The notes under the pieces are model-generated. The model was not told the DNA's origin. It searched no databases and was given only the letters and a program-made list of their open reading frames with translations. A stretch of 64,000 nucleotides of DNA from an uncultured Chitinophaga sp. GTDB lineage: Bacteria > Bacteroidota > Bacteroidia > Bacteroidales > GCA-2748055. The position numbers and the translations under genes were made by a program. Positions 57,082-64,000 of this stretch are shown here, piece after piece (the stretch's first letter is position 1; each line of letters begins with the position of its first letter). The DNA lies in assembly GCA_964404825.1 (NCBI GenBank), contig CAYOLQ010000007.1, forward strand, positions 2,346-66,345, written 5' to 3'.

Positions 57082-58158
57082 ATGAAGAAATCACTTTTTA
57101 TTATTTCATTACTAATAAGCCTCACCGCCAATTTAAGTTCTCAGATTGGTGGTCATTATACTTATGCCTTTCTGAATCTTACAAATTCAGCCAGAGTAGC
57201 TTCTCTTGGAGGAAAATCTGTTTCAATCTGGGGTGATGATCTGAATATGCCTTTTCATAACCCGTCCCTGCTTAATCCTTCCATGGATAAACATTTAGTT
57301 TTTAACTATGTCGGGTATTTCGATGGTATAAAGTACGGATATGCCAGCTATGCACGTGATTTTAAGAAAGCAGGAACCTTTGCAGCCGGAATGCATTATT
57401 CAAATTATGGGACATTTACTGCCGCAAATGAATTGGGAGTTATTACCGGAGAATTCAGGGCTGCCGAGTATGCCCTGAATCTTATTTATTCCCGGAAAAT
57501 CGACAGTCTGATTAGTGTTGGAGTGAATGTGAAACCAATTTATTCGAATCTTGAAACCTATAATTCTTTAGGCGTTTCTACAGATATCGGAATCACATAT
57601 TTTAATCCTGATCGTCTGTTTGGAGCTGCAGTTGTAATTAAAAATCTCGGCACTCAGATTATTAAATACTATGAGGGTGCCGATCGTGAAAACCTCCCAT
57701 TCGAAATTCAGGCCGGGGTATCACAGAAACTTCAGCATGCCCCCTTTCGTTTTTCACTTACTTTACAGCATCTTCAGAAATATGATCTTACCTATGAGAG
57801 TACCATTGATAATAGTAATATCTATGATCCCCTGAATGGTGAAAAAGTTGGTAAAAATAAGCTGGAAACTCTGGGAGATAAACTTATGCGTCATGCAATT
57901 ATCGGGATGGAATTTTTACCCGGGGAAAATTTTTATGTTAATCTGGGATATAATTATCAGAGACGACAGGAACTTAAGGCGGGTATAAGTCCGGGAATGG
58001 TTGGATTTTCATGGGGTTTTGGACTTAAAGTAAAAAAATACCGATTCAGTTACGGACGTTCAACGTACCATCTCGCCGGTGCCTCAAATCATTTCTCATT
58101 AAGCGTTAATCTTTCTGAGTTTTATTCGCGCCAGCAGCCGCAAAGTAAAGTTGATTAA
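57082..58158 (+). CDS. porQ: Type IX secretion system outer-membrane protein PorQ
   Basis: 358 aa with a signal peptide. The mature N-terminus QIGGHYTYAFLNLTNSARVASLGG matches the PorQ family signature as I recall it. The alternating beta-barrel pattern runs to the C-terminal aromatic-rich end. Confidence 0.7.
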   Translation: MKKSLFIISLLISLTANLSSQIGGHYTYAFLNLTNSARVASLGGKSVSIWGDDLNMPFHNPSLLNPSMDKHLVFNYVGYFDGIKYGYASYARDFKKAGTFAAGMHYSNYGTFTAANELGVITGEFRAAEYALNLIYSRKIDSLISVGVNVKPIYSNLETYNSLGVSTDIGITYFNPDRLFGAAVVIKNLGTQIIKYYEGADRENLPFEIQAGVSQKLQHAPFRFSLTLQHLQKYDLTYESTIDNSNIYDPLNGEKVGKNKLETLGDKLMRHAIIGMEFLPGENFYVNLGYNYQRRQELKAGISPGMVGFSWGFGLKVKKYRFSYGRSTYHLAGASNHFSLSVNLSEFYSRQQPQSKVD

Positions 58159-58220
58159 AAAACACTCTTCCCGGTTTATTAATAATTCGATTTTAAAGTG
58201 GAATTAAGTTTCAGGAATGC

Positions 58221-58228
58221 TATTTTTG
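58221..58228 (+). promoter_or_regulatory. Candidate -7 box (TATTTTTG) for cmk-ispH
   Basis: Exact TAnnTTTG, 19 nt upstream of the ATG at 58247. It lies inside the tracked 58217 ORF extension, which argues for the 58247 start. Confidence 0.45.
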
Positions 58229-58246
58229 TTATTCAATATACTTTTT

Positions 58247-58957
58247 ATGAATAGCAGCCTTCCACCCCTGGTCATCGCAATCGACGGACATTCATCTACA
58301 GGTAAAAGCACTTTCGCAAAGGCAATTGCTGCCCTGCTTGGATATACCTACATTGACAGCGGGGCTATGTACAGAGCCGTTACATTGTTTGCTCTCAGGG
58401 AGAAAATAATTATTGGAGAGCATGTTGATGAGCCTAAACTGGAAGAAGCAATAGACCTGGTAATGATTTCTTTTGTTAAAAACGCCAATAATGGCAGAAT
58501 CGAGATGCATCTGAATCTTGAAAATGTAGAAGATGAAATCAGGGGAATTAAAGTTTCGGAGAAGGTCAGCATAATTAGTAAAATAGCATTTGTAAGAAAA
58601 AAAATGGTCCGATTCCAGCGCAGAATGGGAGAGAATAAGTCGGTGGTCATGGATGGACGCGACATTGGAACAGTTGTATTTCCTAAAGCAGATATTAAAA
58701 TATTTATGACTGCTGATCCCATAATCCGCGCTGAAAGGAGATTCAGGGAACTTCAGGAAAATGGAGTGAAAATTACAATTCAGGAAGTTGAACATAATAT
58801 CCTTGAACGCGATTTTATTGATCAGAACAGAGAGGAAAGCCCTTTAAGAAAGGCCGATGATGCTCTGGTTCTGGACAATAGCTATATGACACCGGCTGAA
58901 CAGATGAACTGGTTTAAAAAACTTATTTCCGAAAAATACAATTATCACATTTCATGA
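58247..58957 (+). CDS. cmk: (d)CMP kinase
   Basis: VIAIDGHSSTGKSTFAKAIA (P-loop), YIDSGAMYRAVT and VMDGRDIGTVVFPKADIKIFMTA. Confidence 0.9.
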   Translation: MNSSLPPLVIAIDGHSSTGKSTFAKAIAALLGYTYIDSGAMYRAVTLFALREKIIIGEHVDEPKLEEAIDLVMISFVKNANNGRIEMHLNLENVEDEIRGIKVSEKVSIISKIAFVRKKMVRFQRRMGENKSVVMDGRDIGTVVFPKADIKIFMTADPIIRAERRFRELQENGVKITIQEVEHNILERDFIDQNREESPLRKADDALVLDNSYMTPAEQMNWFKKLISEKYNYHIS

Positions 58958-59823
58958 AAATCCGGATAGAGGAAAAAGCAGGCTTTTGTTATGGTGTTGT
59001 AAAAGCAGTTGGCATGGCTGATGAAATTCTCAACCGGGGTGAGACTCTTTACAGTCTGGGACAGATGGTTCACAATGAGATGGAAGTGAAACGACTCGAA
59101 CAGAAAGGTCTGATAATTATAAGTCATGAAGAACTTGCTTCGCTTCGGAATTGTAAGATTCTCATCAGGGCTCACGGTGAACCACCTTCAACATATGAAA
59201 TTGCGCGAAAGAACAATATTGAGCTTATCGACGGAACATGTCCCATTGTAAAAAAAATCCAGGCAGGAATACTGTCAAGAGCTGTTGAAAAAGATACTCT
59301 AATAGTTATCTTTGGAAAGGCTGATCACCCGGAGGTTAAAGGACTTTACGGACAGTCTCCTGAAAACAGTATTATTATTCAGTCTGCTGAAGAAACGGGT
59401 GAACTGCCATTTGCCCCGGTTATTCACCTGTATTCACAAACTACCATGGATTCAGATGCATTTCTGGTAATCGTATCCCTGATTGAGCAGAAACAGAAAT
59501 TGTCAGGCGGAAAGTTAATTGTTCATAATTCTATTTGTGGTCACGTTTCGCACAGAAAGCCCGGGCTTGAAAAATTCGCTGCTGAAAATGATGTTGTTAT
59601 TTTTGTCGGAGGCACCAAAAGTTCCAATGGAAAAGTACTTTTTCAGATATGCAAAGAGGTTAATCCAAAGAGTTATTTTATAGGGAGTCCCGGTGAATTG
59701 GACGATTCATGGTTTTCAGGAGCAGAATCGGTTGGAATTACCGGAGCCACATCCACACCCCGGTGGCAAATAGAGGAAATTGCAGGGAAAATAAGGGAAT
59801 TCATCGAAAGTCCTTCCAACTAA
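58954..59823 (+). CDS. ispH: 4-hydroxy-3-methylbut-2-enyl diphosphate reductase
   Basis: 289 aa: AGFCYGVVKAV, IRAHGEPP, GTCPIVKK and the third Cys in SICGHV. It overlaps cmk by ATGA (58954-58957). Confidence 0.9.
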   Translation: MKIRIEEKAGFCYGVVKAVGMADEILNRGETLYSLGQMVHNEMEVKRLEQKGLIIISHEELASLRNCKILIRAHGEPPSTYEIARKNNIELIDGTCPIVKKIQAGILSRAVEKDTLIVIFGKADHPEVKGLYGQSPENSIIIQSAEETGELPFAPVIHLYSQTTMDSDAFLVIVSLIEQKQKLSGGKLIVHNSICGHVSHRKPGLEKFAAENDVVIFVGGTKSSNGKVLFQICKEVNPKSYFIGSPGELDDSWFSGAESVGITGATSTPRWQIEEIAGKIREFIESPSN

Positions 59824-59842
59824 CCAGATCAGGCTTTCTTCC

Positions 59843-59870
59843 GGTTTGTATATCATGGCACATACAAATC
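59843..59870 (+). terminator. Possible terminator hairpin after ispH (weak U-tract)
   Basis: ggtttgtat (59843-59851) pairs with atacaaatc (59862-59870). The stem is 9 bp including one G-U and is followed only by ctttgg. Confidence 0.3.
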
Positions 59871-59963
59871 CTTTGGAAAACACGGAATCTCATTTACTGA
59901 ATTGTAATGTAATTTGTTAATCATAAATTAATTTAAAGTTGAGATTGTTATTTGTTTAAGTAT

Positions 59964-59971
59964 TATTTTTG
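59964..59971 (+). promoter_or_regulatory. Candidate -7 box (TATTTTTG) for pfkA
   Basis: Exact TAnnTTTG, 58 nt upstream of the ATG at 60029. A TTG lies 22 nt further upstream. Confidence 0.5.
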
Positions 59972-60028
59972 CATCTGTGTTTTCCGGTATAGGGAAAGCC
60001 GCATTTTGTAAAGCAAAACAATTTATAC

Positions 60029-61012
60029 ATGGGAAAAATTAAGAAAATTGGTGTTTTAACTTCAGGAGGTGATTCTCCGGGCATGAATGCTGCAATTCGC
60101 GCAGTTGTTCGTACTGCTATTTATAACAGACTTGAGGTTGTAGGTATCAGACACGGCTACAATGGCATGATTAACGGCCATTTTAAAGAAATGAAAACAT
60201 TTAGTGTAAGTGATATTATTGCTAGGGGAGGAACCATTCTGAAAACCGCCCGGAGCGAAGAGTTTCGTACTGCAGCAGGCCGCAAAATTGCTTACAATAA
60301 TCTTAAAAAAGAAGGAATTGATGCTGTAGTAGTTATCGGGGGAGACGGTTCACTTACAGGAGCCAGAACCTTTTGCGATGAGTACTATGATATTCCATTT
60401 GTAGGGATCCCGGGAAGTATTGATAATGACATTTTCGGAACCGATTATGCAATTGGTTACGATACTGCTTTAAATACCGTAATTGATGCTGTTGATAAGA
60501 TCAGGGATACAGCCAGCAGTCATAACCGCTTGTTTTTTATTGAGGTGATGGGTCGAGATGCCGGTTTTATTGCTATTCACAGCGGTATTGCCTGTGGGGC
60601 TGAAGCTGTTTTTATCCCTGAAGTGAAAAACCAGGTGGCAGGTCTTAAAGATTACCTTGAAAAAGGTTTCAAGAGAAAAAAATCAAGTAATATTATCATT
60701 GTTGCAGAAGGCGATGACGAAGGCGGAGCGATGGAAATTGCTGAAAAAGTTAAGGACGACTTTAAGGAATACGATGTAAGGGTTTCTATTCTTGGACACA
60801 TTCAACGAGGTGGATCTCCTACCGCATACGACAGGGTATCAGCCAGTAAATTTGGATTTTATGCCGTACAGGCTTTACTCGACGACCAGAAAAGTGTTAT
60901 GATAGGATTTAAAAACGGGGAAATTGTTCATGTTCCCTTCAGTAAAATTATCAAACAGTCAAAATCCGTGGAGGAATCTTTGATTAGAATGGCGGAGATA
61001 CTTTCGGTTTAA
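60029..61012 (+). CDS. pfkA: ATP-dependent 6-phosphofructokinase
   Basis: 327 aa: IGVLTSGGDSPGMNAAIRAVVR, IGGDGSLTGA (GGDGS fits the ATP-dependent rather than the PPi-dependent type), PGSIDND, MGRDAG and GHIQRGG. Confidence 0.92.
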   Translation: MGKIKKIGVLTSGGDSPGMNAAIRAVVRTAIYNRLEVVGIRHGYNGMINGHFKEMKTFSVSDIIARGGTILKTARSEEFRTAAGRKIAYNNLKKEGIDAVVVIGGDGSLTGARTFCDEYYDIPFVGIPGSIDNDIFGTDYAIGYDTALNTVIDAVDKIRDTASSHNRLFFIEVMGRDAGFIAIHSGIACGAEAVFIPEVKNQVAGLKDYLEKGFKRKKSSNIIIVAEGDDEGGAMEIAEKVKDDFKEYDVRVSILGHIQRGGSPTAYDRVSASKFGFYAVQALLDDQKSVMIGFKNGEIVHVPFSKIIKQSKSVEESLIRMAEILSV

Positions 61013-61031
61013 GGACTTCCTGGTAGAAAGG

Positions 61032-61141
61032 TTAAGCGCAAATCCCGCTTTGCGGGACCGCAGAGACGCGGTTTATAAACGCAATAGAAACCGCGTATTC
61101 TCTGCGCCCTTGCGGTCCCGCAAAGCGGGATCTGCGCTTAA
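61032..61141. repeat. 110-nt GC-rich near-perfect palindrome (long hairpin/cruciform element) between pfkA and priA
   Basis: 61032-61062 pairs with 61111-61141, giving 30 bp with one A/C mismatch. The apical stem cgcggttt (61067-61074) pairs with aaaccgcg (61088-61095) across a 13-nt loop. Each arm also contains the local hairpin cccgc-ttt/aaa-gcggg. Confidence 0.9.
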
Positions 61142-61173
61142 TATGAGTTTATCTTTATGTGAATAAAACTTCC

Positions 61174-63645
61174 ATGAGTAACCCGGTCCAATTTGCCGAA
61201 ATAATCCTTCCATTCCCGATAAACCAGGTTTTCAGCTACCAGGTACCCGAAGCTTTACAGGGCTCCGTTCAGGCAGGAAAACGGGTAATTGTCCAGTTTG
61301 GCCCCAGGAAGCTTTATACAGGGCTTGTGAGGCGGACACACAGCACATCCCCCGAAATAAAAGAACTGAAAACCGTACTTGAAGTTTTAGATAATACAGC
61401 ATTAGTGGATGAGATCCAGATGAAATTCTGGGAATGGATGGCGGATTACTACATGTGCGCAGTGGGTGAAGTTTTTAAGGCTGCGCTTCCGGCAGGACTG
61501 AAGCTTGAAAGTGAGTCAAAGATTATTCCTGACGATGATTTTGATCCATCTGAGATAAAAAAGGAACATCTGGAGACCTTGTTTTATACCATACAGAATA
61601 ATCCCGGATTATCCATACAGGAACTTTCGAAGCTTACCGGTAAACCAAACCTTCTTTCCGACATCCGCAAACTCATTGATACCGGCGCGGTTTACCTGGA
61701 GGAAAAACTCAGGGAAACGCTGAGAATTAAAAAGGAAAAGTTCATTTCCCTTGCCGAACATCTTTTATATGAAGAAGAATTGCAGAATTGTCTCGATAAA
61801 CTTTCCAAGGCACCGAAACAGCAGCAACTCTTATCCGAAATTATTGATCGCTCGCTTGATCCGGAGGGGAATATTAAGAAAACGATTATCCTGTTGAGTG
61901 AAATCCGGGAGAAACATAGCCACGCTGCCCTCAGTGCTTTGGTTGAAAAGAACCTTCTTGATAAGGGGGAGAGAATTCTCAGAGCACTTGAAGATACAGG
62001 TCCAAAATCTATAGAGCCGGCAGACCTGAATCCTGCTCAGATTGCATCAATTGACTCCATTCGTAATCTTTTCCTGGAAAAGGATATAGTTCTGTTGCAC
62101 GGAGTAACCTCAAGCGGGAAAACAGAGATTTACATTCACCTTATCCGGGAAATGATTTCTCAGGATCGACAGGTCCTTTATCTTCTTCCTGAAATAGCAC
62201 TTACCTCGCAGATTGTTAACCGTCTGAGAAAGGTATTTGGTGACGAGGTAGGCATTTACCACAGCCGGTTTTCAGACGCCGAAAGGGTTGAGGTGTACCG
62301 TCGTACAGCAGCAAATGCAGAAAACAAATATAAAATCATTTTGGGTGTTCGCTCGGCAATTTTTCTTCCTTTCAGCAAGCTGGGACTTATAATTGTTGAT
62401 GAAGAACATGAGAACACATATAAACAGTTTGATCCGGCTCCACGATACAACGCACGCGATTCCTCAATGGTGCTTGCTGCTCTTCATGGCGCAAAAGTGT
62501 TGCTGGGAACTGCAACCCCATCAATAGAGACATTTGCCAATGCGCGTTCCGGGAAATACGGACTGGTAAGCCTTACGGAACGATATAATAAAGTTCTGAT
62601 GCCTGAAATACGGATTTCCGATATACGGGACGCCCGCAAAAGGAAAACAATGAAGTCGGTTTTTACCCCGGCACTTATCGATGAAATATACAGAACCATC
62701 GCCGCAGGCAAACAGGTTATTCTTTTCCAGAACCGGAGGGGATTTTCATCCTATATTATGGATGAAACATGTGGATGGATTCCGAAATGCAAGCTCTGCG
62801 ATGTGAGTCTGACATATCATAAATTTAAAAATGTGCTTGAGTGTCATTATTGCGGATTCACCCGAAAAGTTCCTGGCAGTTGTGATAATTGCGGCAGCAC
62901 ACGCATAAGCAACAAAGGATTTGGCACCGAGTTGGTTGAGGATGATATTGCTTTGATTTTTCCGGGGATCAGAGTTGCCCGGCTTGATTTTGATACCAGC
63001 CGCACCCGGAACTCCTATGAAACAATACTTGAAAATTTTGGCAGGGGAGATATAGATATTCTTGTTGGAACACAGATGCTTTCCAAAGGTCTTGATTTTG
63101 AGAATGTGGCTCTTGTAGGCATTCTCGACGCAGACCAGATGCTGAATTTCCCCGATTTCAGGGCCTTTGAAAGAAGTTACCAATTGATGGCACAGGTTAG
63201 CGGAAGGGCGGGCCGGAAGGATAAGCAGGGGAAGGTCATTATTCAGACCACTGATCCCAATCTGGCTCTGATTCAATATGTCAGGAATAACGATTACGAA
63301 GCCATGTTCAGGGAGCAGATTTCAGAACGGCAGGCATTTAATTACCCGCCTTTCGTGAGGATGATCAGAATTACGCTTAAGCATAAGGAATTTCCTGCAT
63401 TGCAGAAGGCAGCAAATTCTTTGGCAGATGAGATGAGAATTGTCTTCGGCAAAAGAGTGCTTGGACCGCAGCAGCCGTTGGTGGGGAGGATCAGTAATTA
63501 TTACATACTGAATATTTTGTTGAAGATTGAGAAGAAGTCCTCGTTTGAGAAGGCGAGAAAACTCCTTGCGGACATACTAAAGGAGGCATCAGCATCGGAT
63601 GTAATGAGTGGTGTAAGGATTTTGCCGGATGTGGATCCGTACTAA
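61174..63645 (+). CDS. priA: Primosomal replication restart protein N' (PriA helicase)
   Basis: VTSSGKTEIY (Walker A), IIVDEEHE (DEEH box) and the Cys-rich zinc region CKLCDVSLTYHKF...CHYCG...CDNCGS. The tracked start at 61159 is a GTG, so the ATG at 61174 is preferred. Confidence 0.92.
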   Translation: MSNPVQFAEIILPFPINQVFSYQVPEALQGSVQAGKRVIVQFGPRKLYTGLVRRTHSTSPEIKELKTVLEVLDNTALVDEIQMKFWEWMADYYMCAVGEVFKAALPAGLKLESESKIIPDDDFDPSEIKKEHLETLFYTIQNNPGLSIQELSKLTGKPNLLSDIRKLIDTGAVYLEEKLRETLRIKKEKFISLAEHLLYEEELQNCLDKLSKAPKQQQLLSEIIDRSLDPEGNIKKTIILLSEIREKHSHAALSALVEKNLLDKGERILRALEDTGPKSIEPADLNPAQIASIDSIRNLFLEKDIVLLHGVTSSGKTEIYIHLIREMISQDRQVLYLLPEIALTSQIVNRLRKVFGDEVGIYHSRFSDAERVEVYRRTAANAENKYKIILGVRSAIFLPFSKLGLIIVDEEHENTYKQFDPAPRYNARDSSMVLAALHGAKVLLGTATPSIETFANARSGKYGLVSLTERYNKVLMPEIRISDIRDARKRKTMKSVFTPALIDEIYRTIAAGKQVILFQNRRGFSSYIMDETCGWIPKCKLCDVSLTYHKFKNVLECHYCGFTRKVPGSCDNCGSTRISNKGFGTELVEDDIALIFPGIRVARLDFDTSRTRNSYETILENFGRGDIDILVGTQMLSKGLDFENVALVGILDADQMLNFPDFRAFERSYQLMAQVSGRAGRKDKQGKVIIQTTDPNLALIQYVRNNDYEAMFREQISERQAFNYPPFVRMIRITLKHKEFPALQKAANSLADEMRIVFGKRVLGPQQPLVGRISNYYILNILLKIEKKSSFEKARKLLADILKEASASDVMSGVRILPDVDPY

Positions 63646-63733
63646 GTATGGTATTTATGATAATTCGATAGATTTCTAAATATTTGATAAAGTCTGTATC
63701 TTTGGTCTATGTTAAAGTTGAGTTTTGGCAAGT

Positions 63734-64000
63734 ATGATTATTGAGGTTATGGATAAAAGAACAAATAAAAGCATAAGTGATTATATTGCTGCAATTGCAA
63801 AGAATGACAAACGGTTGGTGAAAGCTTATCTGTTTGGCTCGTATGCAAAAGAAATTGATAATGAAGAAAGTGATATTGATTTAGCTTTGGTTTTCAATAA
63901 TATGGATGATACTGAAAAATTCGATTACCAGGTTCAATTACTGATTATGGGATCAAAATTTGATTCCCGGATAGAGCCACACCCGATATCTACAAATGAA
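63734..64000 (+). CDS. Minimal nucleotidyltransferase (MNT-type) domain protein, 3'-truncated by the window edge
   Basis: This ORF is not in the supplied track because no stop is reached. My translation is MIIEVMDKRTNKSISDYIAAIAKNDKRLVKAYLFGSYAKEIDNEESDIDLALVFNNMDD..., and the G-S-x(9-10)-D-I-D motif is typical of Pol-beta-superfamily NTases. Confidence 0.65.
   Translation, partial: MIIEVMDKRTNKSISDYIAAIAKNDKRLVKAYLFGSYAKEIDNEESDIDLALVFNNMDDTEKFDYQVQLLIMGSKFDSRIEPHPISTNE

Noticed and set aside
61032-61141. The palindrome as an SRP (4.5S) RNA, a CRISPR repeat or a tRNA-like element
   Set aside because: It has no SRP domain IV motifs (GNAR tetraloop with the symmetric-loop AGCA/GGAA pattern). 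It has no tandem repetition with spacers and no cas genes. It has no cloverleaf. It is kept as an unexplained repeat or hairpin instead.
1-64000. CRISPR arrays, transposases, integrases, phage genes, rRNA genes and known defence-system genes
   Set aside because: I scanned the ORF translations and the intergenic DNA by eye. No direct-repeat/spacer arrays, no DDE/tyrosine/serine recombinase motifs and no rRNA-like sequence were found.

Overview
The window reads as chromosomal DNA from a visibly AT-rich Bacteroidota genome; GC content was not computed. Evidence for the phylum: a por-secretion (T9SS) C-terminal sorting domain, SprB-type repeats, a porQ gene, recurrent TAnnTTTG -7 promoter boxes, and near absence of Shine-Dalgarno sequences. 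Coding density is high and most genes are housekeeping: hppA, lpxH, ribF, ahcY, greA, ruvC, serS, rplU-rpmA, recQ, tatC, lptB, tRNA-Leu, tig-clpP-clpX, cmk-ispH, pfkA and priA. I found no CRISPR array, transposase, integrase, prophage or recognisable multi-gene defence island, and I cannot point to one clear-cut novel system.

The features most worth follow-up are:
- **Glycogen cluster (16633-27647):** it has a eukaryote-like enzyme set, and its centre is a single 1413-aa ORF fusing a GT3 glycogen synthase to a GT35 alpha-glucan phosphorylase.
- **Palindrome (61032-61141):** a 110-nt GC-rich near-perfect palindrome between pfkA and priA.
- **Five-gene plus-strand block (36924-44850):** tightly packed genes for a BFN nuclease, a NupC transporter, a PAS-rich hybrid kinase, a QxxRW GT2 and an orphan OppC-like permease.
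- **Sensor phosphatase (5052-8306):** a periplasmic beta-propeller/Y_Y_Y sensor fused to a PP2C phosphatase, with no partner-switching genes nearby.
- **T9SS cargo (1-4887):** a giant protein truncated by the window edge, built from duplicated modules of about 430 aa.
- **Rieske-like lipoprotein (30812-31261):** it carries a CxH...CxCC ligand set.
- **Lys/Ala/Pro-rich tails:** these sit on ribosomal protein L21 and on a GH57 enzyme.

Several tracked ORF starts are alternative-codon extensions, and I re-set them to internal ATGs. A nucleotidyltransferase (MNT-type) ORF that is missing from the track runs off the 3' edge. All calls rest on motif reading by eye; no database search was run.
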